In this document: piece by piece, positions 25,201 through 33,886 of the stretch
Numbering within the stretch: the stretch's first letter is position 1
Layout of the letters: each line of letters begins with the position of its first letter
DNA from: a virus
Taxonomy: Duplodnaviria > Caudoviricetes
Length of the DNA: 36,296 bases
Strand: one strand, 5' to 3'
IMG/VR virus record: IMGVR_UViG_3300026302_000103
Location: 1-36,296 of that record
Notes under the pieces: model-generated
Databases searched by the model: none
Told to the model about the DNA's origin: nothing
Seen by the model: the letters and a program-made list of their open reading frames with translations, nothing else
Position numbers and translations under genes: made by a program

Positions 25201-26144
25201 ACCGCGCAGAATTTGCCCGCCAGGCGAACGAGTCGGCCGTTGCGCAAATGTCCGTCACCGAGCAGGCACGCGCTGACGCTGCACGCATGCCAGACCTGAT
25301 GGGCCTCGTCACCAACGAGGACGGCAGCATCAACCCGACGCAATCCGCCCCCTTTATCCGCGCTTTCCTCGCCCAGGCTGTCAGCCCGTCGGAACATGGC
25401 GCCATGATGACAGGCGACGGTGCGCTGTCGCAGCAGGGGCTGCAGCGCATCCGCAACGCCGTCTTCGCCAAGGCCTACGGCGAACCCGAGATCGTCGCCA
25501 TGATGGCCGAGAGCACCGACGCCAACGTGAAGAACATCCTCGCCGGAATGCTGCGCGCGGCGCCCGCCGTGGCCCGCCTGAAGGAGTTGATCGAGGCCGG
25601 TGCCCGGTACCCGATGGACATCTCCGGCGACCTCGCGCAAGCCGTGCGCCAGTTCTCGCAACTTCGCCGCGACGGCATGACGGTGCAGCAGATGCTCGCG
25701 CAGGCGGGGCTGTTCGATGGCGGCCCGTCGCCCGAGCTGCGCAATCTGCTGATCGGTCTGGAAGAGAACGCCAAGGCACCGAAGCGCGTCGCCGAGCTGA
25801 TCGGCCGCGTCGTCGATTCCGTCGACCGCCTGGGAGACCCCCGGCAAGGCTCAATGTTCGGCGATATGGCGAACCCGACCACCCCAGAGATAATCACCCG
25901 CGTGATCGAGTCGGTGCGCGATGATTTCGAGATCAAGGCCGCCGCCGATCTGTTCAAGACCCCCGAGGTCGAGGCCGCCCGTCAGGTCATGGAAGCAAAC
26001 CCCGATATGCGCGTCGTTCTCGACGATGGCACCGAGGTCTCCGTGCGCGAGGCAATGGCCCGCCTGGGCGACGACGCCCGCCAAGCGGACACCGACGTGA
26101 AGGCCTTCGAGGCCGCCGTTACCTGCTACTTGAGGAACCTGTGA
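22266..26144 (+). CDS. Polyvalent ejection protein: RNNNPGNI virion domain + zeta-toxin-like P-loop kinase + DdrB-like ParB domain
   Basis: Hydrophobic Gly/Ala N-terminus; RGVRNNNPGNI..FATF..PEAGIRAL (about aa 353); Walker A GGTGAGKS (aa 598); VTSHD..NPNFPPELQPRDR..DGAPII...VVESGNARTIAL (about aa 860-935). Confidence 0.85.
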   Translation: MSVFDLDQKGQQALAEDARLNPLDASQIEPTTFTGTGKGIGMGMMKGGARVGQFVGLAGAVVPMAIDKITEGDNFSGKSLTDRYFEGLDETVNRAADYWTPNHAEVGKAGQVLGGLSEIILPMLAGGGNPALTATMVTGSQTAGTGIDLVKQGVDGKTAGTVAAIQGLSTYAGFKIPFLGHTLAARMGSGVAGNVVTNAGGAAVQSKVLKGAGYDEQAKQFDPMNLEARSIDVLTGMLFGGFAHWSAGKGKPIAPSDADAVLTANNAKHFQQDTAPGVPADAKASTAHQSAIEQAIEQLVRGERVSVADSIHDAEFVRPVPPSAETPIATAVRDAFGPDLPRYRPSAPANAPRGVRNNNPGNIERSARVWDGEVAGNDPRFATFDTPEAGIRALAKNLIAYNDKHGLNTVEGIINRWAPPGENKTSSYAQAVAKELGVKPGDVLNVRDPDTLTRLTSAIIRHENGAQPYPAETLRAGVELAISGGSSKKSPADFLAAMPRAKALSELDRQIETRLADKIAKDYPAAVTEYNALPESQGGKVLNVDTARELSPDYATSKESRALLSPAVHEPSSFFIKQLYADRLAEMPPDGTVMFTSGGTGAGKSSAIEQVPVAAQALKDAYLVYDTNMNGLKSAQQKIEQALAAGAKVDIWHVQRDPVDALVNGALPRAKRIGRTAPLEAHEATYVGAAETIGKLAEIYKDDPRVTVRVLDNTRGRGNAAETGIEFVKGFDYNNLRERLISALQKEYQDGRINDAIYRGTLGSAADAGRQDGGTGSRRLHEDGVSSGLPLRQRGRNSDAAGRREEGGLPGGRSATGEGNPRQVVSADRFPVQGKTATAVTERGATVQTQFVAVEASSLVTSHDNGLRQNPNFPPELQPRDRGRAASEAQIAKIENGINPELLAESPKASDGAPIIGTDSVVESGNARTIALRRAYEGGKADPYRQWLIDNAERFGLDPAKVAEMKQPVLARVGLGKYDRAEFARQANESAVAQMSVTEQARADAARMPDLMGLVTNEDGSINPTQSAPFIRAFLAQAVSPSEHGAMMTGDGALSQQGLQRIRNAVFAKAYGEPEIVAMMAESTDANVKNILAGMLRAAPAVARLKELIEAGARYPMDISGDLAQAVRQFSQLRRDGMTVQQMLAQAGLFDGGPSPELRNLLIGLEENAKAPKRVAELIGRVVDSVDRLGDPRQGSMFGDMANPTTPEIITRVIESVRDDFEIKAAADLFKTPEVEAARQVMEANPDMRVVLDDGTEVSVREAMARLGDDARQADTDVKAFEAAVTCYLRNL
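24439..24506 (+). promoter_or_regulatory. Intragenic sigma70-like promoter and RBS for the nested gene
   Basis: TTGAGT (24439-24444), 17 bp, TACAAT (24462-24467); AAGGAG at 24501-24506, 7 nt before ATG 24514. Confidence 0.65.
24514..24741 (+). CDS. Nested +1-frame 75-aa acidic helical protein, candidate antitoxin
   Basis: Own promoter and SD; GC-ending codons in this frame; the host frame here is a low-complexity G/R/S linker. Confidence 0.7.
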   Translation: MAASTMQSTAGRSAVPQMPDGRTVEQAADDYTRMEYRRGYPFASEEEIQMLLDAEKKAGYPADDLQQAKEILGKS

Positions 26145-28681
26145 TGAAACCCCAGTGCATTGATGCAGTGAATCAGGCCGTCGGCCGCGAGATGAACGAG
26201 GCCGAGCTGAAGGGAGTCGAAGAGCGCATCGTCCGACACCTGCGACAAAACGCAGCGCGTGACCCGCAGGGAACGCTCGCCATGACCGCCGAGCAGCGCT
26301 TCGTCGAGGCGGCCAAGTCGGCGGCCGAAGAGTTCCAGATCGAGCAGGCGAAGAAGGCGCAGCGCGTCGCCCTGCAGGTGCTGGCGAATGCCAAGATCGA
26401 ACAGCACCTTTCCCAGTTCGCCGGCGACAAGCTCGACGGCATGGCCCGTGTGGTCGCCTTCCACGCCGACGGCAAGGGGAACTTCCTCTCTGTCGAAAGC
26501 CAGGCCAAGGCCGTCGAGCGCGACGCCCTGCGCCAGATGATCGGCACGATGGAAGCCAGCAACCCGAAATTCTTCGGACTGTTCGAGAATCGCGACGGGG
26601 TGCGCGCCCTGGTGAAGGAACTCTTCGGCGAGGATTCCGGGGTGAAGGAAGCCAAGGACGGGGCCGCCCAGTTCAAGGCCGTGGCCGAGGCGCTGCGCCA
26701 GCGCTTCAACCGCGGCGGCGGCGAGATCGGCCAGCTCGAAGACTGGGGCATGCCGCACCATCATTCGCAGCTCAACGTCGCCAAGGCCGGGCGCGAGCAG
26801 TGGATCGCCGACATCATGCCGCAGCTCGACCGTAAGCGTTACACCGGCCCGGACGGTTCGCCCATGACCGATCAGGAGCTGAACGTCTTCCTGACGAACG
26901 CCTGGGAAACAATCGCCACCGGCGGCGTGAACAAGATCGAGCCAGGTCGGCCGAACGGCAACGGTATGCGCGCCAACCGCGGCAACGAAGGGCGGCAAAT
27001 CCATTTCAAGGACGCCGACAGCTATCTCGCCTATCAGGAGAAATACGGCGAGCGCACCGCCTACGAGGTGATGATCGGCCATATCGCCGGCGTCGCGAAA
27101 GACATCGCCCTGGTCGAAACCCTCGGGCCGAATCCTGACCACGCCTTCCGATTGTTCCGCGACATCGCCGTGAAGGAAGCTACGCTTGCCGATCCGGCCA
27201 AGGCAGGCAAGGTGCAGAAGCAGGCCGTCGGGCTGGAAAACCTCTACAACATGACCGCCGGCAAGACCCTGCCGGTCGCCTCCGAATGGCTGGCGAAGAG
27301 CTTCGACACCCTGCGCTCATGGCTGACCGCTTCCCGCCTAGGATCGGCGGTGATTTCGTCCCTGTCTGACGAGGCGACCCTGTACCTCACCGCCCACGTC
27401 AACAACCTGCCAGAGATGCGGCTATTCGCGAACGAGCTGGCCGCGCTCAACCCGGCGAACCAGATGGAAAAGCGCATGGCGCTGCGCGCAGGCCTCGCCA
27501 TGAACACGATGATTTCCTCGCTGAACCGCTTCGGGCAAGACGGCCTCGGCAGCTCGTTCTCGTCGAAGCTGGCCTCGACGGTGCTGCGCGCTTCCGGCCT
27601 CAATGCCCTGACCGAAGCCCGCCGGCGCGCATTTGGTGTGACGATGATGTCGAGCCTCGGCCAGATCACCCGCGACTTCGACGGTATCGGCCGCCTCGAC
27701 CCGGCAGACCATCGCATCCTGTTGTCGAAAGGGATCACCGAGACAGACTTTGCCGTCTGGCGCAAGGCGCAGCTCGAAGACTGGGGCGGCGGCAATCACA
27801 CCATGCTGACGCCGGAGTCGATCTATCGCATCCCCGACGAAGCCCTCGCCGGACTGGCCGACGACATGTTCCCCAACATGCCGGTCGACGCCCGCGCGCT
27901 GAAGGAGCGCGCCGCTACCCGGCTGCTCGGCGTGGTGCTCGAAGAAACCGACGTGGCCGTGATCGAGCCGGGCGTGAAAGAGCGCACGATGATGATGGCG
28001 AACCTTCAGCGCGGCACGTGGAAGGGCGAACTCACGCGATCCTTCTTCCTGTTCAAGTCCTTCCCCCTGGCGATGCTGACCCGGCACTGGATGCGAGGCA
28101 TGAGCATGGAGACAACCGGCGGCAAGGCGGCCTACATCGCTTCCCTCGTCGCCTCGACAACGCTCATGGGGGCAATCTCCCTGCAGATCAATGAGGTGCT
28201 TTCCGGGCGCGACCCGCGCAACCTCAACCCGGCCGAGAAGGGCGGCGTGCGCAACTGGATACAGGCCATGCTGAAGGGCGGATCGCTCGGCATCTATGGC
28301 GATTTCCTATTCTCCGAAGCGACGCAGCACGGGCAGAGTCCGGTCGCCTCATTCATGGGGCCGGTGATCGGCATGGGCGAGTCGATGTTCAACCTCACCC
28401 AGGGCAACGTCGTGCAGGCGCTGCAGGGCAAGGACACGCACGCCGGAGCCGAGCTGGTGAAGTTCGTCAAGGGCAACTTGCCGGGGGCGAATCTCTGGTA
28501 TGCCAAGGCCGCGCTCGATCACATGATCTTTCATCGGATGCAGGAATATTTCTCGCCGGGCTATCTTTCGACGATGCGCTCTCGCGCTTATCGCGAGTTC
28601 GGGCAACAATTCTGGTGGGAGCCGGGCGACGTGACACCGGATCGGGCGCCGAACATGGCCGCCGCAGTGGGAGGACGATGA
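26141..28681 (+). CDS. Large internal virion / ejection protein (846 aa)
   Basis: MKPQCIDAV start, FFLFKSFP, LKGGSLGIYGDFL and PGANLWYAKAALDH; last gene of the ejection block. Confidence 0.8.
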   Translation: MMKPQCIDAVNQAVGREMNEAELKGVEERIVRHLRQNAARDPQGTLAMTAEQRFVEAAKSAAEEFQIEQAKKAQRVALQVLANAKIEQHLSQFAGDKLDGMARVVAFHADGKGNFLSVESQAKAVERDALRQMIGTMEASNPKFFGLFENRDGVRALVKELFGEDSGVKEAKDGAAQFKAVAEALRQRFNRGGGEIGQLEDWGMPHHHSQLNVAKAGREQWIADIMPQLDRKRYTGPDGSPMTDQELNVFLTNAWETIATGGVNKIEPGRPNGNGMRANRGNEGRQIHFKDADSYLAYQEKYGERTAYEVMIGHIAGVAKDIALVETLGPNPDHAFRLFRDIAVKEATLADPAKAGKVQKQAVGLENLYNMTAGKTLPVASEWLAKSFDTLRSWLTASRLGSAVISSLSDEATLYLTAHVNNLPEMRLFANELAALNPANQMEKRMALRAGLAMNTMISSLNRFGQDGLGSSFSSKLASTVLRASGLNALTEARRRAFGVTMMSSLGQITRDFDGIGRLDPADHRILLSKGITETDFAVWRKAQLEDWGGGNHTMLTPESIYRIPDEALAGLADDMFPNMPVDARALKERAATRLLGVVLEETDVAVIEPGVKERTMMMANLQRGTWKGELTRSFFLFKSFPLAMLTRHWMRGMSMETTGGKAAYIASLVASTTLMGAISLQINEVLSGRDPRNLNPAEKGGVRNWIQAMLKGGSLGIYGDFLFSEATQHGQSPVASFMGPVIGMGESMFNLTQGNVVQALQGKDTHAGAELVKFVKGNLPGANLWYAKAALDHMIFHRMQEYFSPGYLSTMRSRAYREFGQQFWWEPGDVTPDRAPNMAAAVGGR

Positions 28682-29061
28682 TGCGACAAGACCAGTACGA
28701 GAAGCTGCAGGCGCTGTCCGAGCGCCTGACCGACGTATTCCTCGACGAGGCCGAGCCGGAGAAGTGGCCGGGGCACAACATCGAGCCGGGCGCGATGGAT
28801 CAGAAGACGCGCGGCGATCGCTACTGGTGCAAGAAGAACGCCGTCGCCACGCTGACCCTAGTCGGCCGAGTGGCCGGCCTCACCGACCTGATCCAGAAGC
28901 AAAGCAACGCCGGCAACGGCGCGGCCGGCGTGACCGAAGAGGAAGCGACCCTCGACGCCGAAATCAATGCCGCCGAGAAGGAAGCCGCAAAGTTGCTCGA
29001 TCAACTCCAGCGCCGCAGCAAAAAGGGCGAGTTCGACAAGCGCGTACATGGCAAGTCGTGA
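28678..29061 (+). CDS. Putative terminase small subunit
   Basis: 127-aa helical protein directly upstream of and overlapping terL; GGAGG RBS. Called from synteny. Confidence 0.6.
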   Translation: MMRQDQYEKLQALSERLTDVFLDEAEPEKWPGHNIEPGAMDQKTRGDRYWCKKNAVATLTLVGRVAGLTDLIQKQSNAGNGAAGVTEEEATLDAEINAAEKEAAKLLDQLQRRSKKGEFDKRVHGKS

Positions 29062-30679
29062 CGTCAACTTCCTCACCTTCTTCCTGATTTGGGCGAAGCT
29101 GCAGGGCTGGAAAGTCCCGCTGCTGCACGTCCGTATCTGCCAGTGGCTCGACACCTGCGACGCGCGCGTGCGCGTTCTGATGGTCTTCCGGGGGGCGGCG
29201 AAATCGACGATCTACGCCGTCTGGAAGGCATACCGGCTCTACAAGAACCGGACGAACCGCTCGCTGATCTACGCCGCTGACGACAAGCTGGCCGGGAAGC
29301 TGACCCGCGACACCTTGGCGGTGCTGCGACGGCATCCGCTGTGCGCCGGCATGCTGCCGCGCAACCCTGGCGCCCTGTCGTTTTGGGTGAATGGCGCCAC
29401 CGATGCCCGCAACCCGAGCATGGAAGCCGTCGGCGTGAATTCCAACGCGACCGGCTCACGGGCTGACGATGCCGACTTTGACGACATCGAGGTGCCGAAG
29501 AACATCAAGACCCCCGAGGCCCGGCTGAACCTTCGCCAGAAGATCGAGGAATCGACGCACATCCTCGTACCTGGCTGGCAGAAAACTTTCGTCGGCACGC
29601 CCCACACGCATGATTCGATCTACACCGAACAGATCGAGGGCGGGGCGGCCGTGCTGAAGATTCCCCTCTTCGAGCACGTTCGCCGCTACACCGACACCAG
29701 CCAGCGCCGCCGGTACCGCTTCGACTTCCCGATCGCCGACGACGGCCTCTATGTGATCGCCGGCATCTACAAGTTTTCCCGCATGCTGGTCGAGGGACGC
29801 GACTATCGCGTCGAGGGTAACGAGGTCGTCTTCGACACCCCGCCGGGCGACGTGCTCGACATCTGTGCCGGCTGCGCCTGGCCGGAGCGATTCACCCGCG
29901 AGGAAATCGCCCTCAAGCGGCAGGAGACCCGCACGCTCAACGCCTGGGATTCGCAGTACCAGCTCGAAGCGAAGCCCATCTCGGAAGTGCGCCTCGATCC
30001 CGCGCGTATCGTTCCCTACGACTGCGAGCCGGTTGTCCGTGTCGCGAATGGCGAGGTTGGCATGTGGCTCGGCTCGACCCGCATCGTCGGCGCGACGGCC
30101 TACTGGGACTGCTCGCTCGGGAAGATCAAGTCGGACGCCTCGGCCCTCTCCCTGCTGCTGACCGACGCCCGCGGGCAACTGTACTGGCACGCTGCCCAGG
30201 GTCTGACCGGGGAGCTTGCCGAGTTCGACGACAAAGACCGGATCGTCGGCGGCCAGGTCATGCAGGTGCGCGAGCTGGTGCTGCGCCTCCAGATTCCCCG
30301 CGTCGTGGTCGAGACCAACGGGCCGGGCGGCTTTGTGCCGAACATCCTGCGCCAGGCGCTCAAGGGCACCGGTTGCGGGGTAGGTGAAGAGTTCTCCGTC
30401 ACCAACAAGCAAAAGCGCATTCTCGACGCCTTCGAGGCGCCCCTGTCCTCCCGCTTCCTGTGGGCGCATGTATCCGTCCTCGAAGGCCCGGTATGGGATC
30501 AGATGAAGGACTTCAACCCCGAGCTGCGCGACCAGCCAGACGACTACCTCGACAGCGGTGCCGGAGCCATTGCGCAGACGCCGATTCGGATCGGGAAGAT
30601 AGTCGGGAAACCGACCGACCACTCACGCGAAGATTGGCGACCAAATGCGGGCGTGCATGAGGTCGTAGTCGAGTATTGA
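29048..30679 (+). CDS. terL: Terminase large subunit
   Basis: LMVFRGAAKST (Walker A variant), GSRADDADFDDIE (Walker B), VGTPH, YWDCS, VVETNG and DDYLDS nuclease motifs. Confidence 0.92.
   Translation: MASRDVNFLTFFLIWAKLQGWKVPLLHVRICQWLDTCDARVRVLMVFRGAAKSTIYAVWKAYRLYKNRTNRSLIYAADDKLAGKLTRDTLAVLRRHPLCAGMLPRNPGALSFWVNGATDARNPSMEAVGVNSNATGSRADDADFDDIEVPKNIKTPEARLNLRQKIEESTHILVPGWQKTFVGTPHTHDSIYTEQIEGGAAVLKIPLFEHVRRYTDTSQRRRYRFDFPIADDGLYVIAGIYKFSRMLVEGRDYRVEGNEVVFDTPPGDVLDICAGCAWPERFTREEIALKRQETRTLNAWDSQYQLEAKPISEVRLDPARIVPYDCEPVVRVANGEVGMWLGSTRIVGATAYWDCSLGKIKSDASALSLLLTDARGQLYWHAAQGLTGELAEFDDKDRIVGGQVMQVRELVLRLQIPRVVVETNGPGGFVPNILRQALKGTGCGVGEEFSVTNKQKRILDAFEAPLSSRFLWAHVSVLEGPVWDQMKDFNPELRDQPDDYLDSGAGAIAQTPIRIGKIVGKPTDHSREDWRPNAGVHEVVVEY
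30602..30634 (+). promoter_or_regulatory. Late promoter 3, inside the terL 3' end (tail fibre/lysis operon)
   Basis: GTCGGGAAACCGAC, 13 bp, GAAGAT. Confidence 0.65.
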
Positions 30680-30710
30680 GCCGCCCGCGCAACCTGCGCG
30701 AGGCCGGCCC

Positions 30711-32864
30711 ATGTCCGTTCAAAATCAAGTCCCGTTCAACAGTTACAACGCCAACGGCGCGACGACTGTCTTTCCCTACGAGTTCCTGCTGCTCGACCCC
30801 GGCGACCTGATCGTCACCGTCGCCGGCAACCCTGTGACCTACGGGGCCGACTTCAACATCACCGGCCTGGGCAACTTGGGCGGCGGCGATGTGGTTTTCG
30901 GTACCGCCCCTGCCAGCGGCAAGGTGCTTATCAAGCGGGTGCTGACCATTCAGCGCGTGACCGACTATCAGGACAACGGCGATCTGCTGGCCGACACGCT
31001 GAACAACGATTTCGACCGCCTCTGGCAGGCGCTGCAGCAGCTCCAGCAGAACGACTTGCGAGCGCTGAAACTCCCCTACGACACGAGCATCGACCAGACA
31101 CTTGTCGAGGATGCTGCCGCCCGAGCCGGTCTTCTGGTCGGATTCGATGCCGCGGGCAACATGACGCTGAAGAAAGCGGCCGACCTATCCCTGCAAACCG
31201 TCTCGGCCTTCATCGCAACCCTGCTCGATGATGTCGACGCGGCAGCCGCCCGCACGACCTTGGGCATTCCGCCCCCGAACACCAACGGCGCAAACCTCGA
31301 CGCGAACAGCGTGCCGCTTTCACGGCTTGCCCGAGGCCCGGCCGGCAAGGTGCTGCTCGGCATGGGTGCCGGCGCTGACCTCCAGTTCGGAGACGCCCCC
31401 TTCAGCATCTCGCTGATCCCGGCCGCGTCGCTCGATCGCTCGAAGCTGGCGCCGTCTGCTGTCACCAAGGTGAAGGGATTCCCGACCCGGCAGCAGGCCG
31501 ATTTCCCATATCCGCACATGATGATTCGGATGATGGACGACACCCTGCTCGGGTGGGGGCGCACCTACGCGATGGCGCTCGGCATCAACGAAACGGCCGA
31601 CACGACGGCGATACCGCGCAAGCCGGTCTTCAACGTCGCCATTCCCGCCGGCGTGACGGTGAAGGATTTCGTCATCGCCAACGCATCAGCCTGGGTGCTC
31701 ATGAGCAACGGGTGGGTGTATTCGGCCGGTCAAAACCAGTCCGGCCAGCTTGGGCACGGCGACACGACGGCCCGATCGGTCTTCACCCGGATCGAGTATT
31801 TCGTGACCAACAGCATCACGGTCGACAAGATTTTCGCGGCAGGCTCGCGCAACGCGATCAACTATGCCGGCGCCTACTTCCTCAACGCGGCCGGTAATGT
31901 TTGGGCCTGCGGCTACAACGCGGCCGGCCAGCTCGGCGTCGGTGACACCACGAACCGAACGACGCCGACGGCGATCAGCGGCGCGATCAGTGGCGTGGCC
32001 GACATCACCATCGGGGCATCGAATCAGGCGAGCGTCTTCTTGCGCAAGACTGACGGCTCCCTGTACGCCTGCGGCTATAACGGGCAAGGTTCTCTCGGAC
32101 TTGGCGACACCACGAACCGCAGCGCCTTCACCCTCGTGACCGGGATCACCGGCGTCGCCGAGGTATGGAGCACGAGCTGCGATAACCCCGGCATTGCCGC
32201 GCACACCGTCGCGCGCCTGACCAACGGCGACGTGTATGCCTGCGGGTTCAATGCTTACGGACAGCTCGGCGTCGGCGACACGACCAACCGGACGGGCTTC
32301 ACGAAGATCGCCTCGCTCGCGAATATCGTCTCTATCGGTTGCTCTGGCGGCTACTACGGCTATTCCTGGGCGATTTCCAACACCGGACGCCTCTACACCT
32401 GGGGCTACAACGGATCGGGCGTCGTCGGAGACGGTTCTGTCGTCAATCGCACCAGCCCCTTCAACGTCGTCGGCTGGTCGGGAAACACGGTGCAAGACCC
32501 GCCATTCCTCGGGAAGATCAGCAAGGTCGTTGCCCATCTGAACGGCACCAGCTATCAGCATCTTGTCGTTCTCGATACGGACGGAAATCTCTGGTTCTCC
32601 GGTCAAGACTATGAGTTCTACTGCGCCGACACCGCGACCCAGTGCAACCGCTTCACGCCGTTCCGCCCCTTCATCCTCGAAAGCTCGACCGAGAAGATCG
32701 TCGATCTGTTCTGCCACGGAACGGACGCGACCTATCGGCATTTCTTCCTGAGCAACGACAACAAGCTCTACGCGATGGGAGACAACGGCTACAGCGTCTG
32801 CAATGCCGGCTTCAATGCGGCGATCCCCGCCATCGTGAAGAGCATGCAGCGCGTGCCGATCTGA
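30711..32864 (+). CDS. Tail fibre / receptor-binding protein with RCC1-like repeats
   Basis: T7-fibre-like N-terminus (ANGATTVFPYEF...DYQDNGDLLADTLNNDFDRL); repeats of V(Y/W)ACGxNxxGQLGxGDTTNR. Confidence 0.88.
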   Translation: MSVQNQVPFNSYNANGATTVFPYEFLLLDPGDLIVTVAGNPVTYGADFNITGLGNLGGGDVVFGTAPASGKVLIKRVLTIQRVTDYQDNGDLLADTLNNDFDRLWQALQQLQQNDLRALKLPYDTSIDQTLVEDAAARAGLLVGFDAAGNMTLKKAADLSLQTVSAFIATLLDDVDAAAARTTLGIPPPNTNGANLDANSVPLSRLARGPAGKVLLGMGAGADLQFGDAPFSISLIPAASLDRSKLAPSAVTKVKGFPTRQQADFPYPHMMIRMMDDTLLGWGRTYAMALGINETADTTAIPRKPVFNVAIPAGVTVKDFVIANASAWVLMSNGWVYSAGQNQSGQLGHGDTTARSVFTRIEYFVTNSITVDKIFAAGSRNAINYAGAYFLNAAGNVWACGYNAAGQLGVGDTTNRTTPTAISGAISGVADITIGASNQASVFLRKTDGSLYACGYNGQGSLGLGDTTNRSAFTLVTGITGVAEVWSTSCDNPGIAAHTVARLTNGDVYACGFNAYGQLGVGDTTNRTGFTKIASLANIVSIGCSGGYYGYSWAISNTGRLYTWGYNGSGVVGDGSVVNRTSPFNVVGWSGNTVQDPPFLGKISKVVAHLNGTSYQHLVVLDTDGNLWFSGQDYEFYCADTATQCNRFTPFRPFILESSTEKIVDLFCHGTDATYRHFFLSNDNKLYAMGDNGYSVCNAGFNAAIPAIVKSMQRVPI

Positions 32865-32879
32865 CCCGGAGACCTTTCC

Positions 32880-33428
32880 ATGACGACCCGCTTCTACACC
32901 GCCCCGCTCGATCGCATCGAGACATTCACCTACCCGGAAATGTCCGGCGATGGAACCATCACCCACCTGGGCGACATCGACGGCCTGCGCTACTTCCACG
33001 TCGACGACGGCGTGCCGCTGCCGACTGCCGAGGGCGCCAGCTTCCAGCCGGTCGAGCTGACCGACGACCTGGCCGCCAAGTTGCGCACCGTGGCCGCGGC
33101 CTTCGTTCTTCCGCTGATCGTGACCGACTCCGAACGGCGCGAGACGGCGAAGGCCGAGATCAACATCGAGCGCGACCGGCGCCTGGCTGCCGGCGTGCCG
33201 TGGAATGGCGAGACCTTCCACACCGACGACCGCTTCCTCACTGAACTGCTCGGCATGGTGCTCGGATACTCGGCCGGCATCCTGACCGGGAAGCAGAACA
33301 TTCGCACCCACGACAACAAGATCGTGCAGCTCGGGCAGGTCGAGATCGCCGCGCTTGCCGGTGCCGTCGGCGAATATCGCAAGGCGGTCTATGCCTGGTC
33401 GTGGGCAGCCAAGGACGCCCTGCAATGA
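32880..33428 (+). CDS. DUF4376-like tail fibre assembly protein
   Basis: AKAEINIERDRRLAAGVPWNGETFHTD...RTHDNKIVQL; follows the fibre gene. Confidence 0.7.
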   Translation: MTTRFYTAPLDRIETFTYPEMSGDGTITHLGDIDGLRYFHVDDGVPLPTAEGASFQPVELTDDLAAKLRTVAAAFVLPLIVTDSERRETAKAEINIERDRRLAAGVPWNGETFHTDDRFLTELLGMVLGYSAGILTGKQNIRTHDNKIVQLGQVEIAALAGAVGEYRKAVYAWSWAAKDALQ

Positions 33429-33883
33429 AGACCATTGCCCTGCTGTTCTCGACGACAGCGAACCCATTCAGCGGCCTGATCCGTGCCTTCACGTGGTCGA
33501 GCTGGTCGCATGTCTCGATCATCGACGGCGACACCGTAATCGAGGCGGCCGCCCTGCATGGCGTGCGCCGTGTGCCGGTGCTCGATGCGATCAACCGGGC
33601 CAGCCGCGGCGAGGTTGTCGAGTTCCAATGCCAAGACCCTGAACGGATCATCGCCGCAGCCGCGAGCCAGATCGGCAAACCCTACGACTACACCGCCCTG
33701 ATCGGCCTCGGTCTGCGGCGCGACTGGCAGGAATCCGACTCGTGGTTCTGTAGCGAGCTGGTCGCCTGGGCCTTCCAAGAGGCCGGCGAGCCGATTTTCC
33801 GAGCGGACGCGATGCACCGCGTCACCCCCGAACATCTCTGGATGCTCGACCCCGCCCCCGTTTTCAATATCAACAAGGGATAA
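33425..33883 (+). CDS. Permuted papain-like NlpC/P60 (YiiX/YebB) peptidase
   Basis: WSHVSI, VIEA, QIGKPYDY and WFCSELVA (His before Cys). Confidence 0.88.
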   Translation: MKTIALLFSTTANPFSGLIRAFTWSSWSHVSIIDGDTVIEAAALHGVRRVPVLDAINRASRGEVVEFQCQDPERIIAAAASQIGKPYDYTALIGLGLRRDWQESDSWFCSELVAWAFQEAGEPIFRADAMHRVTPEHLWMLDPAPVFNINKG

Positions 33884-33886
33884 GCG

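Noticed and set aside
10983..30615. GTCGGGAAACCGAC as a CRISPR repeat or REP element
   Set aside because: Only three dispersed 14-bp copies with no spacer array or cas genes; position fits promoters.
32477..32486. Fourth partial copy GTCGGGAAAC
   Set aside because: Right half of the palindrome is missing and it lies mid-gene; probably chance.
30711..32864. Possible diversity-generating retroelement, given the BPP-1-like virion and AAC-rich fibre
   Set aside because: No reverse transcriptase, Avd or template/variable repeat pair differing at adenines was seen; the repeats are coding RCC1 units.
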